From contig OZ244207.1 in assembly GCA_965216875.1 (NCBI GenBank), positions 7,904,001-7,968,000 of the forward strand: a DNA stretch of 64,000 nt, in the 5' to 3' direction. Numbering within the stretch: the stretch's first letter is position 1; each line of letters opens with the position of its first letter. Source of the stretch: Rubripirellula sp. GTDB lineage: Bacteria; Planctomycetota; Planctomycetia; Pirellulales; Pirellulaceae. Under the pieces are notes generated by a model. The model was not told where the DNA came from. It worked only from the letters and a program-made list of their open reading frames with translations, and made no database searches. Both the position numbers and the translations under genes were made by a program. Of the stretch, positions 18,041 to 29,700 are shown in pieces.

Positions 18041-20446
18041 CTATTCCGGCAGATTGTTGCCAGCGAGCGCGGCGCGAAGGTATTCACTTTGCGTTGCGCG
18101 ACAGATGTCAAGCAAATCGTGCGTGTCACGAAGCAGTTCGAGCCACTTGACCTCTTCGGCTTTGGCTTGATCGCCAATGCGTTCTGCGGCAACGGCGATT
18201 TGTTCGATGTCGCAGGTTCTTGCGATCATGCATAATCGCTCGGACAAAGACTGTAACCCTTCGGCATCCTGCGCATCGATAGCTTGCGCCAACCGCTCGA
18301 CTTGGTAGCCGATTTGCAAGGTGGTTTGTTTACGCAGCGAATGTGCTCCCTTAGTGATCGCAGCGTGGCGCATCTCAATTTTCTCCGCAAAGTGCTCAAC
18401 CAATCTTGGGTCGAATTGCGTGCCGGCACAACGCCGCAGTTCCTCGAGTGCTTCCTCGTGCGTTCGGCCTTTCCGATAGACGCGATCGGAAACCATTGCA
18501 TCGTAGCTGTCGGCGATGCTAAGCAACCTCGCGCCCATTGGGATGTTGTCTCCGGTTGGCAAATGCGGGTCGCGAGCTGCGCCGCCATAAAACGCGTGAT
18601 GCGTTGAAATGATGGAGGTCAATTCCGGGCAATCAAATGCGCTGGCGATGATCTCGACGCCGATGCGATCGTGTCGCCCCATCAACTCCCATTCGTCCCG
18701 GGTCAGCGGTCCTGGTTTGAGCAGGATGTGATCGGGAACACCAATCTTGCCAATGTCATGAAGCAAGGCGGCGATTTCGAGCACGTAAGTTTGTTCCGGA
18801 TCAAACAGACCATCCGAGACGCGTGCGCAAAGGTCGGCAACACGGCGACTGTGTTCCGCCGTGTTGACATCACGGTAGGAAAGCGCGGAGATTAACGCGG
18901 TGACCGCTTGGTACGGAATGTCAATTCGCTTGGCCGGTTTATCTTCGGTCGCCTGATCGATCATCTCAGCCATGCTGGTGTTGTAGACGATCACGCGGTT
19001 TCGTCCTTCACGTTTTGCCACGTAAAGGCAAGCGTCGGCTTGGTTGATCAAATCTTGCGGGTCGGTCGGATCAAACCGCAACTCCGAAACACCCATACTG
19101 GCCGAAAGTTTGAGGTCGGCGGGGTCTTCGAGAACGATGTCCATGATTGCCAGCCGCGTTTTCTCGGCTTCAGCCGACGCACGTTCGACATCAAATCCGG
19201 GCAACAGCACACAGAATTCTTCGCCACCGTAGCGGCAGACCAGTCCATGGTGTTGATGCATTTCGCGAATCGTCTTCGAAACGCGCCGCAAGACTTCGTC
19301 ACCGGTATGGTGGCCGTACGTGTCGTTGACGCTCTTGAAGTGGTCGATGTCCATCATCAAGCAGGAAAGCGGCACGTTTGACTTGCCAGCTTCGGCCCAC
19401 AGCCGATCAAAGCGTTCGAAGAACGCGCGTCGGTTCAAGCAACCAGTCAACGCATCTTGCGTCGCCAAGATTTCGAGTTCGCTGTTTTTGCGTTTGATTT
19501 CATCGCGGCTGCTTCGCAGCAAGCTGAGCATCTTTTCCAGCTCCGCGCGGTGCTCCTCGATATGCGTGACATCGCGGAACGTCGCGAGCGCCCCGCGTTG
19601 CGACCGATCTTTTCCAAGCGGTGCGGCATTGACCGAAAAGATCCGTTGGGTCGTGTCACTGCTTGCATATCGCAGCATGTGTTCGGATTGCACTTCGAAG
19701 TTGTCGATGGCACGCAGCCAGGGAAACTCGATCGTTTCGTTTTCTGCGGTGACCCAAGCGAGGTCACTGGCAAGCTTCCCGGCAAGCTCTTCAGGGGTTT
19801 TGCGAACGGTGTCGGCAAACGCACGATTGGCCAAGACGATCCGTCCGTCCTCGTCGAGCACCAAGAGTCCCTCGGCAAGTGTGTCCAATGCTTGTCGAAC
19901 ACGCTCGGGAACCACCTGAGTGTTGTTGAACAGTTTCAGTACGCGAACCACGAAAAACGTGTAACCAAAAACGCCGGTGATACAGAAGAACGCGACCAAC
20001 CTCAGCAGCGGATGGTGCATCGCCTGTTCGAACGCCGTCCCGTGGGGTTTTTTGTAGCAGATTTCGACATCCCCCCAGGGACGCCGGTTCAGCGTGATCG
20101 GTACTTGGACCGCTTCGACGCGCGTGTCTTCTTTTTCGCGGGTGGGCCAAATCTCGGCGTGATGGCCCGTATCGACGCGCAAGGTTCCCAGATCACTGCG
20201 CAGACCGATCGACAAGATGTCGCTGTTGCGGTCAACCAGCGTCTCGAGCGTGACCTGCAAGTCCGACCATTGCTGTTTGCGGACATGAGCGGCGACGTTG
20301 ACCGCGATGGTTTCGCTGATCGATTGGCGCGCATGGGCAACGACAGGCGCGGAATCGGGAACAAACCCGAACCAGTGCGCCCCAAGGATAAGGCTGGCGC
20401 CGACGCAAACGAGTGCGACGGCCAACCTCAGCGATGCGAAGTACAT
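18041..20446 (-). CDS. Membrane-anchored PAS-GGDEF-HD-GYP c-di-GMP enzyme with Hpt-like tail
   Basis: Two TM segments, PAS (LVLDEDGRIVLAN), DALTGCLNRR, DIDHFKSVNDTYGH, RYGGEEF, HSRRV, LLHDIGK, ADSYDAM, GTQFDP. Start placed at ATG 20446 because the track's extension to 20764 reads through a repeat element. Confidence 0.88.
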   Translation of the reverse strand: MYFASLRLAVALVCVGASLILGAHWFGFVPDSAPVVAHARQSISETIAVNVAAHVRKQQWSDLQVTLETLVDRNSDILSIGLRSDLGTLRVDTGHHAEIWPTREKEDTRVEAVQVPITLNRRPWGDVEICYKKPHGTAFEQAMHHPLLRLVAFFCITGVFGYTFFVVRVLKLFNNTQVVPERVRQALDTLAEGLLVLDEDGRIVLANRAFADTVRKTPEELAGKLASDLAWVTAENETIEFPWLRAIDNFEVQSEHMLRYASSDTTQRIFSVNAAPLGKDRSQRGALATFRDVTHIEEHRAELEKMLSLLRSSRDEIKRKNSELEILATQDALTGCLNRRAFFERFDRLWAEAGKSNVPLSCLMMDIDHFKSVNDTYGHHTGDEVLRRVSKTIREMHQHHGLVCRYGGEEFCVLLPGFDVERASAEAEKTRLAIMDIVLEDPADLKLSASMGVSELRFDPTDPQDLINQADACLYVAKREGRNRVIVYNTSMAEMIDQATEDKPAKRIDIPYQAVTALISALSYRDVNTAEHSRRVADLCARVSDGLFDPEQTYVLEIAALLHDIGKIGVPDHILLKPGPLTRDEWELMGRHDRIGVEIIASAFDCPELTSIISTHHAFYGGAARDPHLPTGDNIPMGARLLSIADSYDAMVSDRVYRKGRTHEEALEELRRCAGTQFDPRLVEHFAEKIEMRHAAITKGAHSLRKQTTLQIGYQVERLAQAIDAQDAEGLQSLSERLCMIARTCDIEQIAVAAERIGDQAKAEEVKWLELLRDTHDLLDICRATQSEYLRAALAGNNLPE

Positions 20447-20683
20447 TTTGCCCAAGGTGGTTCTGCGCTTTTTAGCAGACCTACGTTTGGCCCCCCGCGC
20501 GCGCAAAGAGCCTTTATGCAAGTTTTGCTCATCGACAAATCGAACGTCGCAGAAATGCCATGGTCCATCGACAGTGGTGGGAAACCTTCGCGGGTTGTAC
20601 CGATTGTGATGGCTGATTCCGATCGAGCGGGGGAGAACGCGCGAACGGGGGCGTGGTGGGGAGGTGGGAAGAGAAGTGAATCG

Positions 20684-20787
20684 GGGACTCGTGCCGTAGT
20701 GGACGAGGCCACGAGTCCCTTCGAGCCCACCGTGCAACGATGAGGGACTCGTAGCCTCGTCCACTACGGGAATTCGTCCACTACGGG
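20684..20787. repeat. GTAG-type REP-like inverted repeat with partial extra copies
   Basis: CCGTAGTGGACGAGGCCACGAGTCCCT (20694-20720) inverted at 20743-20769 with 1 mismatch; partial copies at ~20684-20693 and ~20774-20787. Confidence 0.85.
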
Positions 20788-20794
20788 AGCGTCG

Positions 20795-23700
20795 TTATCC
20801 CAGGAAGCGATCGAGGCCGTCTTTGCCGCGCGCGGTTCGGTAGGCGGTCAGCAACGAGGTTGGGTCAATCATTCTCCAGGCCGGCATGCTCGAGGCGACC
20901 GCCGTCATGAACGCTCCGCCGCGCAGCGCCCACAGCACGTAGCCGACTGAAAAGACGCCCGCGCCTGCGCCCGCCGTTCCGACGAAGTAACTCATCGGTG
21001 TCTGACCAAAGTCCTCCTGAGCTTCGTCCCACTGTTGCCAAACGATCGCCTGTTCCATGTCGAGATGCAGGAGTCGTTCGAGCATTTCGATTTCGGCCGA
21101 ATACTGTTGCGAGGAGAATTCAAGTCGGGACAGGTCGCCGGAGTAGCCTCGAGAAGCAGCTTCCATCGCTGCGTCACGCAGACGCTTCGCAGCGTTCGCG
21201 CGTTCCTCTTCAGGGCTCATGTCGCCTGGCATGCGCTCCTTAGCGGCTCGTTCTTTTGCCGAGATCGATTGAGGCGCGACTCCTACCGTCGTGCCCGAAT
21301 CGGCCGGGCTCTCATCACCATCAAGTGAATCGTCCTCGGTTTCAGGTTCTGGATCCGGTTCCGGATCGGGTTCTGGATCCGGCTCGGGATCAGGTTCTGG
21401 CTCGGGATCCGGTTCGGGGTCAGGGTCTGGTTCAGGATCCGGATCGGGCACACCGCCGATCACGGTGATCTCGACAGTAACGATGTTCCCTAGCAGTGAT
21501 CCGTCGCTCACTTGGTAGGTGAGCGTGTCGACGCCAACGAAGCCAGCGTCGGAGGTGTAGTTGATGGTTCCGTTGGCCAGCACTGTCACGTTGCCGTGAG
21601 TCGGTGGGGTGACCAAGATCGCCATCATCGGATCCCCTTCGGGATCAAAGTCATTGACCAAGACTCCCGGCGTCCCGACCACCATTGAACTGCCACTTGT
21701 CGTGCTGTAGCTATCGTTGTTGGCGATCGGCGCTTCATTCACGTCGGTGATGTTGATCGAAAAAACGCCGTCGCTGAACGAGCCGTCACTGCTGGTCGCT
21801 CTTACGGTGATGTTGTGGCTGGTGTCGGTCTCGTGATCAAGTCCGCCCACCACGGTGACGACGCCACTTGCCGAATCAATTGCAAACCGCCCACCGGCGC
21901 TGTCAGCAAGCGAGTAGGTGATCGAGTCCGATGCGTCGGGATCGATTGCGGATCCTGTGATGCCGACCACTGTGCCGGTGATCGCGTTTTCAGCAACCGA
22001 ATTGGCCGATCCGTCGACGTCACTGACGGAACCGACGGGTGACTCGTTCACATCGTTGATCGCGATCACAAACACCGATGTGGTCGAAGATCCATCGCTG
22101 CTCGTGCTGCGAACGGTAATGTTGCGACTGGCCCCATCGAGCTCGCGGTCGATGGAACCAGCAACGGTCACCACACCTGAATTGAGGTCGATTGCGAAGC
22201 GGCCTCCATCGTCGTCATCCAGCGTGTAGGTCACATTGTTGTTGGTTGCATCTGCGTCGGACGCCGAGGCGGTGATGCCGACCGTCGTTCCGACCGTCGC
22301 GTTTTCGTTCACGTTGTTGCCGGTGGCATCGATGTCGGTGGTCGAGGAAACCGCGAACTCATTCACATCGCCGATGCTGATCGTAAATGATTGGGTTTGG
22401 AAGGAACCATCAGTCGATGTTGCGCGCACGGTGATGCTTCGCGTTGCTCCATCCAGCTCGCGATCAATCGCGCCCGCGACGGTGACGATTCCCGAATTCA
22501 GGTCGATCGCAAAGCGACCACCGTCGTTATCATCAAGTGTGTAAGTGACCGTGTCGCCAACGTCGAGATCGTCTGCGAAGGCCGTCACGCCAACCGTGGC
22601 GCCGATCGTGCTGTTTTCGAGGACAAAGTCGGCGCCGCCATCGCTATCCGAAACGGATGTGATCGCGTTGTCGTTGATTAGTGTGATCGCAATGTTAAGC
22701 GTGCCCGTTGCGGGGACCGCGCCGTCCTCGCCGCCGTCAGCAAGTGAGAAACTAAAGGCATCGCTATTGGTTTCCGTGCCATCGTGGTCGTAGGTGACCA
22801 ACCCAGCGTCAATGTCGGCCTGGGTGAACGTGTCGTTGAGTCCCAAGGCACCAAAACCAGCGAGGAACAGCGTGCCGTTGTCGGTCACATTGGTGATGGT
22901 GTAGGTCAAGCCAGCGCCGGCGTCATCCACATCGCTCTCGGCAAGCATCGCTGTTGTGATGGTATTGCCCGTCGATCCTTCAACGAAGGTCGGTCCGTTA
23001 AGAATCACCGTTGGCGAGTCGTTAACGGCGGTGATGTCGACACTGATGCTGCCCAGATCGATGTCCGTTCCGCCGCCAGCACCGGTGTTGCCGTTGTCGT
23101 TGATTTCGACTTGAATCGAATCGGCGCCCACACCGTTCAAGTTCAATGTGGTGTGTTGGTAGCTCAGGTTGGATGTGTTGTTGAAATAGGTGTTCAGGTC
23201 GGTAAGCGTGCCGGTGAGGGTGATCGCAGACGGCGTTCCGCCAAGAGTGATCCCGGCCATGGTTGCGGCGGTCAGATTGCCCCCAGTGCTGGTGCTTAAC
23301 GTGACCGTCAACAAGTCGCTCGCACCTGCGTCGATGTCGGCAAAGTCGACAGCCGACAAATCGATACTCGTTGCTGCGTCTTCAGTGACCGTGACGCTTG
23401 CTGGTAGTGAACCATCGTTGGTTGGGTCGTTGTTGACGCCGCCAATGTCGACCGAAACACTTCCCAAATTGATGTCGGTTCCGCCGCCGGTACCGGTGTT
23501 TCCATTGTCGTTAATTTCAACCTGAATCGAATCGGCACCCACGCCGCTTGTGGCGGGAACCGAGTGAAGGTAGCTGAGGTTCGACGTGTTGTTGAAATAG
23601 GTGTTCAGGTCAGCGAGTGTACCGGTGATCGTCAGTGCCGAAGGTGTCCCACCGAAGCTGATGCCGGCCATCGCGGCACCTGACAAGTTTCCGCCAGTGC

Positions 23701-26700
23701 TGGTGGTGAGGGTGACGGTAAGCGTGTCGCTCACGCCAGCGTCGATATCGCCGAAGTCGACTGCGGATAAGTCGATGGTCGATGAAACATCTTCAATGGC
23801 TGAAACCGTCGCGGGCAGTGATCCATTGTTGGTTGGGTCGTCGTTGGTTGCCGTGATGTCGACGGCAACACTTCCCAAATCGATGTCGGTCCCGCCACCG
23901 GTGCCGGTGTTTCCGTTGTCGTTGATTTCAACCTGAATCGAATCGGCGCCCGAGCCGTTGGTGTTTGACGTCCCGTGCAGGTAGCTCAGGTTCGACGTGT
24001 TGTTGAAATAGGTGTTCAGGTCGGCGAGCGTACCGGTAATCGTGAGTGCCGTCGGAGTTCCACCGAAGGTGATGCCGGCCATCGCGGCAGCTGACAGATT
24101 CCCGCCCGTACTCGTGGTGAGGGTGACAGTGAGCGTGTCGCTTCCACCAGCGTCAACGTCGGCGAAGTCGACGGCAGAAAGATCGATCGTTGTCGAGACG
24201 TCTTCGGTCACCGTCACGCTTGCTGGCAGCGATCCATCGTTGGTCGGGTCGTCGTTGACACCGGAGATGTCGACCGAAACACTTCCCAGGTCGATGTCGG
24301 TTCCACCACCAGTACCGGTGTTTCCGTTGTCGTTGATTTCAACCTGAATCGAATCGGCGCCCGAGCCAAAGGTGTTAGCAGTGCCGTGCAGGTAGCTGAG
24401 GTTCGACGTGTTGTTGAAATAGGTGTTCAGGTCAGCGAGTGTACCAGTGATCGTCAGTGCCGAAGGTGTCCCACCGAAGCTGATGCCTGCCATCGCAGCA
24501 CCCGACAAGTTTCCGCCGGTGCTGGTGGTCAGAGTGACAGTGAGTGTGTCACTGCCACCGGCGTCGATGTCGGCGAAGTCAACCGCGGATAGGTCGATGG
24601 TGGTCGAAACGTCTTCGGTCACCGTCACGCTTGCTGGCAGTGAACCATCGTTGGTTGGATCGTCGTTGGTTGCCGTGATGTCGACGGCAACACTTCCCAA
24701 ATCGATGTCGGTCCCGCCACCGGTGCCGGTGTTTCCGTTGTCGTTGATTTCAACCTGAATCGAATCGGCGCCCGAGCCGTTGGTGTTTGACGTCCCGTGC
24801 AGGTAGCTGAGGTTCGACGTGTTGTTGAAATAGGTGTTCAGGTCGGCGAGCGTACCGGTAATCGTGAGTGCCGTCGGAGTTCCACCGAAGGTGATCCCGG
24901 CCATCGCAGCACCTGACAAGTTGCCGCCCGTACTCGTGGTGAGGGTGACAGTGAGCGTGTCGCTTCCACCAGCGTCAACGTCCGCAAAGTCGACGGCAGA
25001 CAAGTCGATGGTGGTTGACATGTCTTCGGTGACGGTCACGCTTGCTGGTAGTGATCCGTCGTTGGTCGGATCGTCGTTGACACCCGAAATGTCGACCGAA
25101 ACACTTCCCAGATCGATATCCGTTCCACCACCGGTACCAGTGTTTCCGTTGTCGTTGATTTCAACCTGAATCGAATCGGCGCCGGTTCCAAAGGTGTTAG
25201 CAGTGCCGTGTAGGTAGCTGAGGTTCGACGTGTTGTTGAAATAGGTGTTCAGGTCAGCGAGTGTGCCGGTGATCGTGAGTGCCGTCGGAGTTCCACCGAA
25301 GCTGATGCCTGCCATTGCAGCGCCTGACAGATTCCCGCCCGTGCTGGTGGTGAGGGTGACGGTAAGCGTATCACTGCCACCGGCGTCGATGTCGGCGAAG
25401 TCAACCGCAGACAAGTCGATGGTGGTCGAAACGTCTTCGGTGACCGTGACGCTTGCTGGTAGGGATCCGTCGTTGGTTGGGTCGTCGTTGGTCGCGGTGA
25501 TGTCGACGGCAACACTTCCCAGATCGATGTCGGTTCCGCCGCCGGTACCGGTGTTTCCGTTGTCGTTGATTTCAACTTGAATCGAATCGGCGCCCGATCC
25601 GTTGGTGTTTGACGTCCCGTGTAGGTAGCTGAGGTTCGACGTGTTGTTGAAATAGGTGTTCAGGTCAGCGAGCGTGCCGGTGATCGTGAGCGCCGTCGGA
25701 GTTCCACCGAAGGTGATGCCAGCCATTGCGGCAGCTGACAGATTCCCGCCCGTACTCGTGGTGAGGGTGACTGTGAGTGTGTCGCTTCCGCCAGCGTCAA
25801 CGTCCGCGAAGTCGACCGCGGAAAGATCAATCGTCGTCGAAACGTCTTCGGTCACCGTCACGCTTGCTGGCAGCGTTCCATCGTTGGTCGGGTCGTCGTT
25901 GACACCGGAGATGTCGACCGAAACAGTTCCCAAATCGATGTCGGTTCCACCGCCGGTACCGGTGTTTCCATTGTCATTGATTTCAACCTGAATCGAATCG
26001 GCGCCGGTTCCAAAGGTGTTAGCAGTGCCGTGCAGGTAGCTGAGGTTCGACGTGTTGTTGAAATAGGTGTTCAGGTCGGTGAGCGTACCGGTGATGGTTA
26101 GCGCTGTCGGAGTCCCACCGAAGGTGATTCCAGCCATCGCAGCACCTGACAAGTTTCCGCCAGTGCTGGTGGTCAGAGTGACAGTGAGTGTGTCACTGCC
26201 ACCGGCGTCGATGTCGGCGAAGTCAACCGCGGACAAGTCGATGGTGGTTGAAACATCTTCGGTGACCGTGACACTTGCTGGCAGTGAACCATCGTTGGTT
26301 GGATCGTCGTTGGTTGCCGTGATGTCGACGGCAACACTTCCCAAATCGATGTCGGTCCCGCCACCGGTGCCGGTGTTTCCGTTGTCGTTGATTTCAACCT
26401 GAATCGAATCGGCGCCCGAGCCGTTGGTGTTTGACGTCCCGTGCAGGTAGCTCAGGTTCGACGTGTTGTTGAAATAGGTGTTCAGGTCGGCGAGCGTACC
26501 GGTAATCGTGAGCGCCGTCGGAGTTCCACCGAAGGTGATGCCGGCCATCGCGGAAGCTGACAGATTCCCGCCCGTACTCGTGGTGAGGGTGACTGTGAGT
26601 GTGTCGCTTCCGCCAGCGTCAACGTCCGCGAAGTCGACCGCGGAAAGATCAATCGTCGTCGAAACGTCTTCGGTCACCGTCACGCTTGCTGGTAGTGATC

Positions 26701-29700
26701 CATCGTTGGTCGGATCGTCGTTGACAGCAGAGATGTCGACCGCAACGCTTCCCAGATCGATGTCGGTTCCACCACCGGTGCCGGTGTTTCCGTTATCGTT
26801 GATTTCAACCTGAATCGAATCGGCGCCTGATCCAAAGGTGTTAGCAGTGCCGTGCAGGTAGCTGAGGTTCGACGTGTTGTTGAAATAGGTGTTCAGGTCA
26901 GCCAGCGTACCGGTGATCGTGAGTGCGGTTGGTGTCCCACCGAAGGTGATGCCGGCCATCGCAGCACCTGACAGATTCCCGCCCGTGCTGGTGGTGAGGG
27001 TGACGGTAAGCGTGTCGCTACCGCCGGCGTCGATGTCGGCGAAGTCAACCGCGGACAAGTCGATGGTGGTTGAAATGTCTTCGGTCACCGTGACACTTGC
27101 TGGCAGTGAACCATCGTTGGTTGGATCGTCGTTGGTTGCCGTGATGTCGACGGCAACACTTCCCAAATCGATGTCGGTCCCGCCACCGGTGCCGGTGTTT
27201 CCGTTGTCGTTGATTTCAACCTGAATCGAATCGGCGCCCGAGCCGTTGGTGTTTGACGTCCCGTGCAGGTAGCTCAGGTTCGACGTGTTGTTGAAATAGG
27301 TGTTCAGGTCGGCGAGCGTACCGGTAATCGTGAGTGCCGTCGGAGTTCCACCGAAGGTGATGCCGGCCATCGCGGCAGCTGACAGATTCCCGCCCGTACT
27401 CGTGGTGAGGGTGACAGTGAGCGTGTCGCTTCCACCAGCGTCAACGTCGGCGAAGTCGACGGCAGAAAGATCGATCGTTGTCGAGACGTCTTCGGTCACC
27501 GTCACGCTTGCTGGCAGCGATCCATCGTTGGTCGGGTCGTCGTTGACACCGGAGATGTCGACCGAAACACTTCCCAGGTCGATGTCGGTTCCACCACCAG
27601 TACCGGTGTTTCCGTTGTCGTTGATTTCAACCTGAATCGAATCGGCGCCGGTTCCAAAGGTGTGCGGCGTCCCGTGAAGGTAGCTCAGGTTCGACGTATT
27701 GTTGAAATAGGTATTCAGGTCAGTGAGCGTACCGGTGATGGTTAACGCTGTCGGAGTTCCACCGAAGGTGATGCCTGCCATTGCCGCACCCGACAGATTC
27801 CCGCCGGTGCTGGTAGTGAGGGTAACGGTGAGTGTGTCACTGCCACCGGCGTCGATGTCGGCGAAGTCAACCGCGGACAAGTCGATGGTTGTCGAAACGT
27901 CTTCGGTCACCGTCACGCTTGCTGGTAGGGATCCATCGTTGGTCGGATCGTCATTGGTCGCCGTGATGTCGACGGCGACACTTCCCAAATCGATGTCGGT
28001 CCCGCCGCCAGTGCCGGTGTTTCCATTGTCGTTGATTTTAACTTGAATCGAATCGGCGCCCGAGCCGTTGGTGTTTGACGTTCCGTGCAGGTAGCTGAGG
28101 TTCGACGTGTTGTTGAAATAGGTGTTCAGGTCGGCGAGCGTACCGCTAATCGTGAGCGCCGTCGGAGTTCCACCAAACGTGATCCCGGCCATTGCCGCAC
28201 CTGACAAGTTTCCGCCCGTACTCGTGGTGAGGGTAACTGTGAGTGTGTCGCTTCCGCCAGCGTCAACGTCCGCGAAGTCGACCGCGGAAAGATCGATCGT
28301 TGTCGAGACGTCTTCGGTAGCCGTCACGCTTGCTGGCAGTGATCCGTCGTTGGTCGGATCGTCGTTGATACCCGAAATGTCAACCGAAACAGTTCCCAGG
28401 TCGATGTCGGTTCCACCACCGGTGCCGGTGTTTCCGTTGTCGTTGATTTCAACCTGAATCGAATCGGCGCCCGAGCCAAAGGTGTTAGCAGTTCCGTGCA
28501 GGTAGCTGAGGTTCGACGTGTTGTTGAAATAGGTGTTCAGGTCAGCGAGTGTACCAGTGATCGTCAGTGCCGAAGGTGTCCCACCGAAGCTGATGCCTGC
28601 CATCGCAGCACCCGACAAGTTTCCGCCGGTGCTGGTGGTCAGAGTGACAGTGAGTGTGTCACTGCCACCGGCGTCGATGTCGGCGAAGTCGACCGCGGAC
28701 AAGTCGATGGTGGTTGAAACATCTTCGGTGACCGTGACACTTGCTGGTAGGGATCCATCGTTGGTCGGATCGTCATTGGTTGCCGTGATGTCGACGGCGA
28801 CACTTCCCAAATCGATGTCGGTCCCGCCGCCAGTGCCGGTGTTTCCATTGTCGTTGATTTCAACTTGAATCGAATCGGCGCCCGAGCCGTTGGTGTTTGA
28901 CGTTCCGTGCAGGTAGCTCAGGTTCGACGTGTTGTTGAAATAGGTGTTCAGGTCGGCCAGTGTGCCCGTAATCGTGAGTGCCGTCGGAGTTCCACCAAAC
29001 GTGATCCCGGCCATTGCAGCAGCTGACAAGTTGCCGCCGGTGCTGGTGGTGAGGGTGACGGTAAGCGTGTCGCTTCCACCAGCGTCAACGTCCGCGAAGT
29101 CGACGGCCGACAAGTCGACGGTAGTCGAAACATCTTCGGTAACCGTCACGCTTGCCGGTAGTGATCCGTCGTTGGTCGGATCGTCGTTGACACCGGAGAT
29201 GGTGAATGTGAACGTCCCTGTGTGGGGTGACGAACCGCCTTCGCCGCCATCAGCAAGCGAGAAGTCAAAGCTATCGGTCGACGCCTCGCCGCCGGCGTGA
29301 TCGTAGGTGACATTGCCAGCGTCGATATCTGCTTGGGTGAATGTGTCGTTGAGTCCGAGTGCGCCGAATCCGGAGAGGAACAGGGTGCCGTGGTCGGTGA
29401 CATTGGTGACCGTGTAGGTGAGGTCCGATCCATCGTCATCCGGGTCACTCTCATTGAGCATCGCGGTCGTGAGCGTGTTGCCGGAAGAACCTTCCACGAC
29501 GGTCGCGCCGTTGTTGATGACCGTTGGCGACTGGTTTGGCGTGATGGTGATGTTGTCTGCAAATTCAGAGGTCGCACCGTACGCTGCCAAGTCGTCGACG
29601 CCGACCATGCCAGGAGCTTCGATTTCGGTTGCCGTCGCAGTGACATAATCACCGATCGCGAGGGTGACTCCCGAGATCGTTTGTGCACTAAACGAGGCGT

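Noticed and set aside
19457..20743. 428-aa plus-strand ORF
   Set aside because: Antisense to a well-supported gene, with no recognisable motifs; expected in high-GC DNA.
20447..20764. N-terminal 106-aa extension of the GGDEF ORF in the track
   Set aside because: It begins inside the REP-like hairpin and is low-complexity; the domain structure starts near ATG 20446. A slightly earlier start (~20520) cannot be excluded.
23024..29188. Regularly spaced, near-invariant ~35-bp sequence resembling a CRISPR repeat
   Set aside because: The period is 411 bp, the intervening sequences are homologous to each other and in frame within one CDS, and there are no cas genes.
23190..29300. Series of ~111-aa plus-strand ORFs
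   Set aside because: Antisense shadows of the coding repeat.
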